Source: the human T2T-CHM13v2.0 reference genome, Homo sapiens. Taken from it: a stretch of 64,000 nucleotides of DNA. A program made the position numbers and the translations under genes. This document shows, piece after piece, positions 29,352 to 43,084 of the stretch. The stretch lies in assembly GCF_009914755.1 (NCBI RefSeq), contig NC_060934.1; one strand, 5' to 3'. Numbering within the stretch: position 1 is the first letter of the stretch; each line of letters opens with the position of its first letter. The notes below the pieces were generated by a model. It was not told where the DNA came from, ran no database searches, and worked only from the letters and a program-made list of their open reading frames with translations.

Positions 29352-29707
29352 TGACATGGTTTGGATTTGTGTTCCTGCCCAAATCTCAAGTCGATTTGTA
29401 ATCCTCAGTGTTGGAAGTGGGGCCTGGTGGGAGGTGATTGGATCGTGGGGGTGGATTTCTCCCTTTGCTGCTGTTCTTGTGATAGAGGTGTCAAGAGATC
29501 CGGGTGTTTAAAGGTGTGTAGCACCTCCCCTTTCTCTCTTTTCCTCCTGCTCTCCCTTTCCTTCCACCGTGATTGTAAGTTTCCTGAGACCTCCCCAGCT
29601 ATGCTTCCTGTACAGCCTGTGGAACCATGACCCAATTAAACCTCTTTTCTTTATAAATTACCCAGTATTAGGTATTTTTTATAGCAGTGTAATACCGGAC
29701 TAATACC
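29352..29707 (+). mobile_element. MSTA solo LTR (ERVL-MaLR)
   Basis: tgacatggtttggat...aattaaacctcttttctttataaattacccag...ggactaatac; TSD atcag/ctcag. Confidence 0.9.
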
Positions 29708-29984
29708 CTCAGTTTTATTCCTATTAGTGCATTGCTGATTTCAAACTTAGATGTTTCAAATTTCAACTCTTTTATTTACAATTATTCGTTTAGTAACTCA
29801 TTTGGTAACTTAAGTCGTTTCTTAAAATTAAGTCGAAATGTAGGGTGAATGTGTAAATCTCTCGCTTCACTGTAGTGTTTTGATCAATTATGATGGATGA
29901 AAATAATAGTGCCTGCCAGCTTTAGGAGGCTGTGTCATCAGCTATCAATAGCAGGTGATAAAAGAGTATGCTGGGAGTGGGGAA

Positions 29985-30895
29985 TTACTTTCATTATTAT
30001 TTTCTGTTTCTTTTTCTTAGAAAGTGTTTATTGTATCTTTTGTAATATTACATTTTGACCTAGACCATTTACTGTGGAAATAGAAAAGTTAATTTCAACT
30101 ACAGCTTTTTATTTTAGTTCTACCCGAATCATCAGAGTAGTTAAAACACAGACACACACACAGACAAACACACAGACACAAGCACATACAATGGTAAGTA
30201 TTATGCTTGAAAGGAAAAGATAAGATCCTCCATTTTCTACTGAAAATGACAATAAAGAAGGGAAGGAAGGAAGCAGGCAGAGGGAGAGCAGGAGGGAGGG
30301 AGAGAAGGGAAGGAGGAAAGAAGGGAGGGAAGAAGGGAGGGAGGTAGGGAGGTAGGGAGGAAGGAAAGAAGGAAGGAAGGAAGGAAGGAAAGAAGGAATA
30401 CATCAAGTGAAATTACTTTGAGAATCATTTTTCTTTTTTTCATTTCTTCTTTTATGTAGAATATTAAATTATAATTGCATGGTCTTATTAATCTCTGTCA
30501 TTCCTTACTTTTCCTTTCAATTTTAATTCTGAAAAGAAGAGCTAGGTAAAGTATGTAATCATTGGGATTCCACTTCATTACCATATGCAATCACTATATT
30601 CTGTCTCAGTAGATATTCCATTGATTTACTTGCATTACAGAGTGGGTTTTAAAGTTACTTAGAATCTGCATTTCTAATATCTTAATTAATTCACCAAATT
30701 GCAATCTTCCATAATGCTCATGACCATTCACGAGAAATAAATGATAAGTAAAGAGTTGAAACGTTAAAGTTACTTCAAGGATTTCTTAGGTTCTTTTTCA
30801 GGCCAAAGCATTTATAGCATAGTAAAGAGAAAAGCGAACATAAAACAAGATCTTGGTACTTTCATGTAATGACCTAATTTATACCTTTGAACAAT
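29985..30895. repeat. Dispersed ~0.9-kb direct duplication, copy 1 (probable donor)
   Basis: Collinear with 49742-50987, e.g. identical catttactgtggaaatagaaaagttaatttcaactacagctttttattttag; includes CA-rich and GGAA-rich tracts. Confidence 0.95.
30256..30398. repeat. Polypurine GGAA/GGAG tract
   Basis: Direct reading; paralogous tract at 50331-50500. Confidence 0.9.
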
Positions 30896-31039
30896 TCTAT
30901 AGCATAGACTCCATCAGTCCCATTATTTTAGGATGGGAAGACAGAATCTGAGAGAAACTTTTAGAAAACTGAAGCCCAGGGTCACACAAGTACAATAGTC
31001 AAAGTCTAGTCCCACACCTTTATGACCTGAAACCATGAA

Positions 31040-32050
31040 TTAAAATTGTATGTCTTCTTGATGGATTGACAGTTTTATCAAGACAATCCCTTTCTGTCTC
31101 TGGTAATTTTCATTGGTCTGAAGTCTACTTTATGTGGTATTAATGTAGCCACTCTAGCTACTAATGTAGCCTCTCTAGATTTCTTTTGATTGGTGTTTGT
31201 ATGACACATCTTTACTTTCATACTACCTCTATCAATAAAATTAAAGTTAGTTTCTCATAGACACTGTATTGATGAGTCATTTTTTTTAAATTTACTCTAC
31301 CAATCTCTGTCCTTTAACTGGTATATTTAGAACATTTACACTTAATAAAATTATTGGTAATTTGTTAAGGCTCAACTCTGCCATTTTAATATTTGTTTTC
31401 TGTTTGTTTTCCTTTATTGTTGTTTATCTGCTTCCCCTTTCTGCTTTCCTGTGAGTGATTTGAACATTTTTAGTGTTCCATTTTGCTCTACCTATAGTGT
31501 TTCTGAGAATATCTTTTTGTATATTTTTAGTGGTTACTCTAGAGATGATGCAATACATCTGAAACTTATCAAAGTCTACTAATATCAATATTTTGGCACT
31601 TCAAATGAAATGTATGACTCTTACTGTCATTTAAGATGTTTTAGCCATCTCACATTGTCCTAAATGTCTTCTTTACATACATTGAGAACTACATTACAAT
31701 ATATAATTTTGCTTTCAATTATCAGATTTAATTTTAAAAAATCATGAGAAAATGAGTAGTGTATTTTACCCATAGATTTTCCTGCTCTATTGTTCTTCCT
31801 TTGCACTGATGTTCCAAGTTCCTTTTGTTGTAATTTTCTCTCTCTGAAGAACTTCCTTTAACAGTTCTTTTAATCAGGTCACTAAGTCGTTTCTTCCATC
31901 TTGAGGTCCCTAGAAACTCTGTCTTCTCCGTCTCTACCTTTTGGAATCTTCTGCTGCTTGGTTCATTTGATTTATCCAAGGTTTTAGGTATGATAAGAGG
32001 GTGGACTAAGGCAAAATATGCTTGCCCCATCCTTCTGGAACTGGAAGTCC
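31040..32050 (-). mobile_element. Old L1M (L1MC/ME-type) fragment
   Basis: ctgaagtctactttat..tattaatgtagccactctagct, tttctcatagaca, aatctctgtcctttaactggtatatttag match old L1 ORF2-start region. Confidence 0.7.
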
Positions 32051-32084
32051 TCCCTATACTTTTAAAAATTTATTCATGTTAAAC

Positions 32085-32117
<33 letters not shown>

Positions 32118-32361
32118 AAAACAGCTGCTGTAGCCTCTGCAACTTGCTGAGAGCTTGTTTAGGAATAGAGAGCTTATTTTTCCCTTCCCTCTATCTCAGC
32201 TCAAGCCTAACAGCCGGGTGGTGCTTTCATGTGTACCTCTCTTGCATCCTAGAAAGTACAAAGTACATCTGACTTGGAAATGCTCTGTGGGTAAGAATGT
32301 GAGCCGCATCAACGTAGATAAAATATTTACGGGGAAATTATGTGGAGGGAGTTGTGTTTTG

Positions 32362-33265
<904 letters not shown>

Positions 33266-36200
33266 TTTTCCCCATAGATCTGTGGATTAGAAATAAATAT
33301 GTACAATACCTGGCACCTATTCAGTGCTTGAAAACTGGAGTAATCGTCATAGTTATAATTTTCTGTAATTTAAATAATCATGTCATCCAGGTATACTCAT
33401 GATTTCCCAACATTGAGTCTCTAGAGCAAAATTCCATGTGTATGCAGAGCAGAGATTTTTGTAGCAACAGTGGTTAAATATAACTTTTTAGTCATTCAAA
33501 AAGAGGGATGATTAAAAATAATGAAAGTATTATGAAAAGAGTTTGAAGACCATTCTTTATAAAAGGCTCACTGGTAGGTGTGGCTTTTGACTGATTTTCA
33601 TCATCTAAGTTGGAAAGTCACTATTGACAATATCTCAACTCTTCTAGAAAATTGTGAAGTTTATTTAGTCAGGGCTTTTCTTGAGTCTGACTCTTGCTTT
33701 ATGTTGCTAAGAGTGTCATAAGCATTGAGTCTGGCAGTGCGGTGTGAGAAAGAACATTTTCATGGTGACTTGAGCATTGCTCCAAGGCTGGGCACAGAGG
33801 CAGGATAGAACTGTGTTCAATTTTTTGGTACTGCTATAACAACATTAAGGATATTTTATGTTCTTGGTGGGCTACAGTTCGCTTTAAGCTCAGCCAGGCT
33901 ACCTTATAAACAAAAATATATTTTCCATGATACTTCAAATCCATCCCGAAATTGAGCATCAAAAGTATCACAAAAACTTAAAGCATGCTTCATACTCTTC
34001 AAATTCTATGACTTTCCTTTGAATTGTGGACATAAATTCTCATAAATGGTTTTGAAATTCTTGAAAATATCTGATTCAGTTCAGCCTCAATCCTTTTCAG
34101 CAATGAAAGGGAATGCAGTTTCTGGATTTTAAGCACATATGTTCAGTCTGAATTTCAATAACTGTCCTTTTAAGTTTAGGCTGTTTGTATTTTCTCACAT
34201 TAGTAAGAAAGGGATTCAGACAATATGGGTCTCTTAGAGACCTTTAATTCTCCAAAAGTCCATGATATGTGTCAATAGCTGAGTAAACTTTTTAGTGGGT
34301 ATTTAAAACCTACTCATCTGAATGCATTACGATAAAATAAATTAAATGCCTATATTCTGCTTCAGCTGCCTGTGAATAACTCATAAACTGGGGGACTGGA
34401 CAACAAAGAAAACACACAATCATGATCAGTTTTTCCTCATGTTAAGGCAGTGAACCTATTTGCAAAGTTCACAGCACACACTCTCCTGGTGAGTTATGCC
34501 AAAAGAACCCACTGTATTTCTCCTCGGGTTTGAATGAACTACTGGAATATTTTTACCCTTTCTATGCTGGTGTCCCATCACTGCATTCAGCAGTTTTGGA
34601 CTGAGATCTAAGTTCCCACACTCCATTTCAGCCATTGGATAATTTGTGTATGGTAGCCCTATAGATACTATCTTCTTGCCAGAAGAGCTGAGCAGGTCAG
34701 ATATCCTAGTTTAGATGAGTTACCCCAGGCATGCCAATTTCATCTAGTCCTCCACTGTTTGGGAGAGACCAAGAGATCTGTGGTTTAAGATGTGTAGCTG
34801 GTTCATGAAAGAGTCAGGAAATTCCACCCATTCTTTTCAAAAGAATGTAATTAACCTGGGTTGCAGTAGTTGAGAAAATGCTTTGCAAAGCAGGTGGAGC
34901 TTCCTATAAGCCTAAGTGACGAGAAGAACAGGGCAGGTAGAGTTCAAAGTCAGTCCATTCTCTACATTAAGGGAAGCTGTGAAAGGAAGGCCTTGGAAAC
35001 ATTGAAAAGCACATATGGGCATGGAGGATCATGAGCTGACCGATCTTTTCTGACATCAAGTACATTAAACACAAGTTGAGCAAATCGATGCAACTATTTT
35101 GTAATGAAATAAAGTGTTCAACTATGATGTATTTTAAAACAACAAAAATAGAAGCTTGGTCTGGCCTCTAACTTTGGATTTGGGAGGCTTAGAAATTGTG
35201 TGAGAGAACATATTAAAGAAAAGTAAAATATTAACACAGGCAGTACTTTCCCATACTTTAATATCGAGACTCTTGACGAACATAAGTAGGTTGATTATGG
35301 AAGATTTTCTTACCTCAAACAACAAATAAACTTTCTTAAAAGGACATGGATGAGAATGGCTTCCCTTTCGGTATCAAGTAATAGATTGCTAAGCATTTCT
35401 CAATCGTTAAGAAGTTATTTCATCATGTATGGAGTGCAAGTTGAGTTGCAGGGCATATAAGCATGACTGTATTAAGTATAAATCTGCATTCCTGCATCTG
35501 AGGATCCTGTGAGGTCTGTCTCCCAGGAAACAATCTGGATAGTTAATGACACATGGGATGGGTCAGGGCAGATTGTGAGAAGCGCAGTGTTGATTATGTA
35601 AACTTGGATTTTGTACAATTGTAAATATAGGGTATTTCCTGTATTGCACTGTGGCTATAAACTAGGGAGAAATGTAAATACAGGGTCTAACTCTGTAAAT
35701 AGCGTCTGATTATTCCTAATAGTGTGCTCTTTGAAAACTGCTTTTCAATTAATACAGTATGTCATATTCTTATCCAAAAGGGTGAAAATAAAAATCCATC
35801 TTATAAACACTTTGGTTTTAATCGATATTAGGTGTGCTTTTACAGTGTTGTTCTTATTTTGGTTTGCACAAAAACCTTATTAAAAAAGGACATTATCTTG
35901 CATGTAGGCACTTGCTAACAGGAATGCAGCTTGCTGCCAGAGAATATTCTACACTGCCAAGCTTGTTGGGAGCCTGCTGTAAAAATATCTGCAGCTTGGA
36001 AGAATTGGAGATGGCTAATAACAGTGACTATAATTAATAGTTAATTGTTTTAAGGAAAGAAATTAACAAATTGAGCTGATAGTCTACCCAGTTAAAAAAC
36101 AAGAAGCAAAATGAATTCAGAGAAAGACAGCAATATGTATTGTCCTCACAGTTATTTCTTATGGACATGTTTGGTATTATATAATACATTTTCTTTTTGA

Positions 36201-36710
36201 TATATACCTGCAGCTGATAGTGGTAATTCTTGGCCCATCAGACCTTTGGTTTATTTTGCCTTTCTCTTGTGCCTTTTATTATTAAATCTTGCCCTTTGGT
36301 CATGGTGTGTTCAAACTCTATCTAGACGATTCCATTCTAGACACAACACAACAAGGTGATTGTAAAAGTTACTATGTTTAGTCTGCAGAAGAAAATGCTA
36401 GGCGAACACTAGGTGTGAACTACCTTCTAGTGTGTGAAAGGCTGTTTGAAAAGTCAGACATTTATGATACTGCAGAGTTGTTGATTTAGGAGGAATGGAG
36501 TAGAAAAGAAAACAAATGACAACTTTACCCACCCCCAAACACACACTCAAGTAATTTTATAACAACAACATTCTCACACAGCAGTCAGTGGCTGGAGGTG
36601 GTATTTGCTACCACTTTACCACTTTTAGATGGGGCAATATATCTTGTTGCCTCTGCCCCTGCTAATTCCCAACCGTGAGGCCAAGCTCCTGTGGCTGTCA
36701 TGGTTGCGTG

Positions 36711-37203
36711 TGATACGGCAGTGCTGGGAAGGGAAGAGCATGGTCCCTTTAAATGATACATAACGGGTGGTGGGGTAGGGGGAAAGGAACTGCTGAGCAG
36801 AGGAGGGTGTGGTCCCTGGCTAGGGCTCCACCCCCACAGACCTAGGTGAGGACAGGCATTTCCTCCCTAAATGTTGCATTTCCCAAGACCAACCTGGCCT
36901 GCCACACCCCCATCCTGTGCCTATAAAAACCCCAGAGACCATAGCAGGCAGACACAAAGATGGCTGGACATCCAGAGGAGCATGTGTTCCTCCACTGAGG
37001 ATGGATGGTGGCTGGATGTCAAGAGGAATGCACAGGCATATGTGGCATGCCACCAGGCCATGAACTGGTGGAAGGAGGGGGAGTTTGGCTGGGGCAGTCA
37101 GAGGAGAGGCCAGGCCACTGAGTGGCCCTACTCCAGGGGAAAACCCTCCCACTCCATTCCCCCTTTTGGCTGCCCCCATCTGCTCAGAGCTACCTGCACT
37201 CAA
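36711..37203 (+). mobile_element. LTR1B-like ERV1 LTR, 3'-truncated
   Basis: tgatac..gtgctgggaagggaag..tggtccctttaaatgatac..gctagggctccaccccca..cctaggtgaggacaggc; TATAAAA 36922-36928; ends at ctcaa. Confidence 0.85.
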
Positions 37204-37402
37204 ACAATCCTCCCACCTCAGCCTCCAAAGTAGCTGAGACCACAGGCATGCACCATCACACCTAGATAATTTTTGTATTTTTTGTAGAGACAGGGTTTCG
37301 CCTTGTTGCCCAGGCTGTTTTTGAACTCCTGGCCTCAAGCAACCTGCTGGCCTAATCCTCCCTAAGTGCTGAGATTATAGGCATGAGCTACCATGCCCAG
37401 CC
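37199..37402 (-). mobile_element. AluJ lacking its 3' end, fused to the LTR
   Basis: ctcaaacaatcctcccacctcagcctcc...ccatgcccagcc. Confidence 0.88.
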
Positions 37403-37448
37403 TTTATTCTGTTTAAGTGAACATTTAAATTAACTTCAGTTTGTATGA

Positions 37449-37742
37449 TTTTTATTATTTTTATTACTTTATTTTATTTTATTTTTTATAGAGAGAGGGT
37501 CTAGCTCTGTTTCCCAGGCTGGAGTTCAGTGGCATGATCATAGCTCACTGAAGCCTTGAACTCCTGGGCTCAAACAGTCTTCCCACCTCAGCCTCCCAAG
37601 CAGCTAGGACTATAGGTGTGCACCACCATGTCTGGCTTTCTTTTTCTTTTCTTCTTCTTTTTTTTTTTTTTTTGTTGCCCAGGGTGGCCTCAAACTTCTG
37701 ACATCAAGTGATCCTCCCACTTTGGCCTCCCAAAACACTGGG
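37449..37742 (-). mobile_element. AluJ (Jo/Jr-like), partly deleted
   Basis: gatcatagctcactg..aactcctgggctcaa J diagnostics. Confidence 0.88.
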
Positions 37743-38379
37743 CATATGAATTTTAAAAGCAGGACTTTGGTTTCATAATTTTAAAAGTATCACTTAGAAT
37801 GTGACCTACAAAATCATCTTGATTTTTATGTGTTAAATTTGAGAAAGTATGTTCACAGGACATCAATAAGAGACAATTAATCAAAAGCATAGAGGATATA
37901 TGATTTTGTAGATGTTTCAGAGGGACAGTTTCATCCCTGTTGGCCGTCTTCCTCGTAACTAATAATGAGAACCTCCCTTCTTCTGGAAAGCTATGACATT
38001 CACTTAGGGATTTGGCAAGTATTCTAAGAAGACTTGATTCTTGCTTTCACAGAGCACAGACTCTCAGATGATTAACTGACTTAGACCATGCATCATTACG
38101 TAACCAGACAAAAACAAAGCATGCTAAGTTAATTTTACTCTTAGCTGCATTTTTCCCCATCGAAAACTCTGTTATGATTACAATTTCCCTCTTCCTTAAG
38201 GTTGCAGCTTTAGCTTTCATGGAGCCAGTGAGGCTACACAGGGCTACAGGACAATTGTGTTGTGTGGTCTGTGCTCTGCACATAGGCCCTGGCCTAGTGA
38301 GGCAAGGGGCTGAAATAGAGCCTGCATTCCATGTGCCAAGCCCAGTGTATTAGGGCCAGTTGGGACAACTGTGTCTATC

Positions 38380-38704
<325 letters not shown>

Positions 38705-40328
38705 GGACAACTGTGTCTAAATGTTTTACCCAGAGGACACCCAATTCTGATGTCCACAGAAATGCTCTACAGGCTGGCAGAGGCTCTGGAGCTAGACATA
38801 TGCCTCTGCCTACCCATTGTGAATTGAGAGATAGTGTTCCAGTGTGGTTAAAAGCTTATCGTAACTTGTACTTTATGGGGCTGTCCCTGGAGGGTAGGGT
38901 TATGTGTGTGTGTTGGTGTAGAGAGGCAGTGAGACACACATCAGTGAAAGCTTTGTTTACTTGCTATTTTTTTAAAGCACAGGTTCTGGGATCAGGAGGA
39001 AGGAGATGGTGTTGGAGGTGAGGCTTCCTTCTATGAGTCACGATTCCACTTACTTGACTTTAGCCTTTTGGAGTGTCCCTGGGGTTGGGTTTGTTGGAGG
39101 CTTCATTTGTGACCAGTACTGTGTGTGTTTTCACTCAGTACAGTTTTGAATAGATGCTACCACATTTACTTTACGGCTTAGTTGTATGGAACTCAAGAAG
39201 AAGGGATAAACGCTTGTCACCTTGGAGAGTATATATGAGACTCAGCTTAGTGATTTCAGTGGCAAAATCCAGCTCAGTGTTTCAAAAACTAAAACATGTT
39301 TTGAAAGCTTATAAAGTTGGTCTCCAGTGCCAGAAATTCCCATTTTGGACTGGCTTCAAGGCAATGAAAGCTCAGACACTGACTCATTGAACTATTTCCT
39401 TATTAATAACATAGTACCAAGCATTTTTGAGGGTTGAAAAAATAACTGAACTGTTGTCCAAAACCTTTGAGCCTCTCAAATGCAAAGCTTTTTAAAATTC
39501 TTAATTTTGAGACTTTTGTGATTTCAAAGGAAATCTGATCTATCTATCTCTTTATATGTTGTTTATTCTTAACTCATCCAAGTGCTATTTGGCCAAGATT
39601 GGCTTATGTTTAAAAAAAAAATCTCTTAAGTCATTTTATAAGCTGTTCAGGGCTTTATTTCTTTAGACCAGGAAGTTGTAAATTGCCAGCATTAAGCAGA
39701 AGGTGTGTTGTTGAGTGCTAGTTTTATTGAAAAAGAATGAGGTTTTATGTATTTTTGAGATTTGCTTTATTGACAATCCACCCCAAAATATCATTTCTCT
39801 TAGATATACTGTTAGAAAAGTCTCGCCTGAAGAAAAACAAAACAAAAACAAAGAACAACAACAAAAGACATAAAGTATTGCCTAGTTAGAACAATGACAA
39901 TCCAAATTATTTTGATGAAACATAAGCACATTTAGAATTAACACAGGGTTTATCAAAGAGTTATGTAAGAGTAAAAATCAAAGGATTTATATAATTTTTA
40001 TTCATGCTAATAAAATGTCATTCTGAGGGCTTGGCATTGTTATACATATTTATTAAACTGAATACTTTTCATTTGATATGGGCAGAAAAAATTGCTTTAT
40101 CCAATTGCTACACTGAGGCAATTAAGGATAATTTAAAAAATTCAAGACAGTCAATAGAAAATGAGGGAGAAAAAGGAACTAACAAGCCTTATCTTTGATT
40201 TCATGTGAAAAGATTGATTTGGTTTTTCTAGCAAAAACAGGGATATAAATCCTGCCCAAATTTTGTATAAAATAAAGTTAATAATCTATAACTGATTCCC
40301 TCCATTACTATTTATCAGTATATAATTT

Positions 40329-40601
40329 GGCCAGTCAGTGGCTCATGCCTGTAATCCCAGCACTTTGGGAGGCCAAGGCTGGTGGATTGCTTGAGCCCAC
40401 GAGTTCAAGACTAGCTTGGGCATCATAGCGAGACCCTGTGGCTACAAAAAAATACAAAAATTAGCTTCATTTGGAGTGCATGCCTGTAGTCCCCACTCCT
40501 TGGGAGGCTGAAGGGGAAGGATTGCTTGAGCTGGGAGGTGGAGGTTGCAGTGAGCCATGATCTTCACTCCAGCTTGGGCAGCAGAATGAGACTCTGTGTC
40601 T
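40329..40601 (+). mobile_element. AluJ without a poly-A tail
   Basis: ggattgcttgagccc J diagnostics; runs directly into LTR sequence. Confidence 0.88.
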
Positions 40602-40930
40602 GTACAGTTCCCGGAAGTCCCAACCGGCCAGCATTTACCCAACCTCTCCTCCCAAATAAAAAACTTTCTTATAAAAGCCTCAGCTTGTAAGCAATCAGGG
40701 TCTCAGTCAGACTCCTGACTGGGACCCCTCACGGGCTTATTCCTGTGAATTAACCTGTTTGGCCATTGAGTTGCCTCCCATCTCTCACTCTCTTCCTTTA
40801 CGTTTTCCTAACATTTGGTGCCAAAACCTGGGACCAGGCTCTAGGCTTCTTGGCAGAGAGGTTGTCTCTCGCAGCCTCCCATTCCCAACCCCCTCTACCA
40901 CCCTTCTTTGCACCTTCACAGCCCACTCTC
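40602..40930 (+). mobile_element. ERV 5'-LTR remnant (LTR47-like, tentative) with tRNA-Phe primer-binding site and start of leader
   Basis: TATAAAA 40670-40676; LTR end cctaaca at 40813; PBS tggtgccaaaacctggga 40816-40833 vs tRNA-Phe complement TGGTGCCGAAACCCGGGA. Confidence 0.75.
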
Positions 40931-41509
40931 CTTTATATATATACCCCGTGTGTTATGTATATAATTTACCGATTTCCTTTGAATTTTATGTACGGCTAGC
41001 AATTACATTGACATTTCTGATGAGCGAAGGCCTTGATTCCTTGGCAAGGTTATATAATAGTGGCCAATAAATGTCCTTATGTATTCACAGATGAAAACAT
41101 TGAAACCTAAATGGAAAACAATCTTTCCCAGCCACAACATGAGTAGTGTGGTTCCAGATAGAGTTAAAAAATAGATATAAAATCCCCAGATCTGTATTTA
41201 ACTCTTAGGCAGTCTGTGTAAATCATTTGGAGGAGATCTGAAAAGATGACAGATACCTTGTGTCCATGTTTCTTCGTCTCTAGTAAGTAACAGGTTTTGG
41301 TAAAGACATTCAACTTCTTGATGGTGCAGTTTCCACATTTATAAAATAGATATTGGTGTCTGTGTGTTCACCTGTAATAAAGGTGACAGGTTAGTGCTAG
41401 AAAAATGTACTTCACTCCCCAGATGGAAAATGGAATTTCCTGGTGCCCATTTTATTACCATCTATAGAGATCATAATGGCCTGTCCCACATCTCAATGAA
41501 GTTGTATTT

Positions 41510-41717
41510 CTTATCGGTTACCTCGCCATGCTTTTTGGGAGGTTGACAGTAAATGGATTCAAAATTGGGGTGAAGTTAAAGGTCTGCAAACTGTGACTGT
41601 ATAGAATATAAATTTGTGAACCTGCTTGAGACAGCACAGTTAACCCACTTAAGTTCCAGCCGTGACACCAGTGAACTGTATTTAACATCAAAGTGCCGGA
41701 GAAGGTCACCTAGGTCC
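41510..41717 (+). promoter_or_regulatory. Candidate TATA/Inr core promoter
   Basis: TATAAAT 41607-41613 lies 31 nt upstream of the A of CAGT (41638); GATA site 41510-41515; DR1-like AAGTTAaAGGTCT 41573-41585; DR3-like AGGTCAcctAGGTCC 41703-41717. Confidence 0.45.
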
Positions 41718-41776
41718 TGCAGGAAAGTCCGTCGAACTTATTGCAGCTCAGCTGGAACCAGGAGGCAGCAGAAGGC

Positions 41777-41853
41777 ATGGAGAGCCTGCATGGCCTCTGC
41801 ACACCAGTGAATTTATCACCTGGCATGCACTGTAGCAGCCAAGCAATTCTGCT
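41777..41853 (+). CDS. Candidate coding part of an alternative first exon (MESLHGLCTPVNLSPGMHCSSQAIL + 2 nt)
   Basis: First ATG after the putative TSS, strong Kozak ggcATGG, open frame to donor CT|GTAAGT at 41853/41854; host gene not recognised. Confidence 0.4.
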
Positions 41854-42078
41854 GTAAGTGGGCCTTGTGTGGACAGTTTTGAAAGACATATGACAGACCT
41901 GAGAATAGTCAGGAGGGAGTTGAGCAATCCCTCATTTCAGAATAGTTAATGACAGAAGAGCATGGAGAGGCTTTTGATCTGCTTTTTAAAAATTTATGTT
42001 TTTAGCAATTAACATTTGCATTCATATCTTTGAAAATAAGACCACTATCTGATTATGTATTTAATCATTAAGTTTTGT

Positions 42079-42202
42079 GCTGATTGAATCACTTTCTCAA
42101 GAATCTCAGATGGAAAATAAAATGGGCAAATGCAGAATTCCTTTCCATTTTTTCCTATTGTTCTCATATTGTGGGGAGACATTGGTTGTGAGAGTAGACT
42201 CA
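42079..42202. repeat. 124-bp direct repeat, copy A
   Basis: Matches 43085-43208 with 5 substitutions. Confidence 0.97.
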
Positions 42203-43084
42203 AACATGGGCTTTGCACAGACTTTGAGTAAGGGACTGCTATGGGGTGACAGAGAGTAGTTGAAGTCACAGAGTGATGAGTTGACTTTTCTGTTTAGAAT
42301 CTGCCCATGCCAAGGCGGGCTTTTATCAGCCTCTGTAGGACAATACTTAGGTGAGGAATAGCATTCACCGAGTTGAGGTTACCTGCTGTTTTCCACACAG
42401 TAATCTGAGAATGCGTGCAGTCTGATGAGCTTTTCTCAGTTGCTGTTTTGTACCGGGGTTGATCGTCTAAACTCTATGCTCATTATATTGATCCGCTGGC
42501 ATTAGAGAGCTCCCACATATGAACGCTCAATGTATCCACATGGAGGCATTAGGCAGCAACCTCGGGGAGCTGAAGTTGACATTTTTCTTTATTTTTTAAA
42601 TATAGGACAAATAGGAGTAAACAAAAAATTTGGAGAGTAAAAGAGGTGACACAAAATACAGTTCTACCTGGTCTGGTTTAACTAGAAATGAATTTAGAGA
42701 AGCAGAATTGCCAGTTACTCACACAGCAATCTCTGCCTGTTATGAATCTGTGACTTTCTATCATCCCATGGTATAAAATAAAGGCAAGAAATAATGACTT
42801 TTATTCATGCTTGGCCAATGATCCAGGTGAGATTACATCCTCATTGGAATGGACAGGGCCTCTGTTGCAGCTTAGTTTTATGGAAATTACAGTTCTGCCA
42901 TAGGGTGGGTGGCAGGTGTTTATTGTTTGCAGTATTGCAGTATTATATTGTCAGAAAATCACCTAAAGGAGTAGAAGAGAAAGGGCTGATTTGCTTAATA
43001 GAGGCGTCAGCAGGCGGAAATTCACGGGCTTGCTGCACTATGTTCATCTTGCCTGAGAAATGTAATAGCCAGTTATCGGAAAGG

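Noticed and set aside
41777-41853. Assigning a gene symbol to the candidate first exon
   Set aside because: The layout resembles genes with phase-2 alternative first exons, but I do not recognise the sequence and no downstream coding exon is evident in the window
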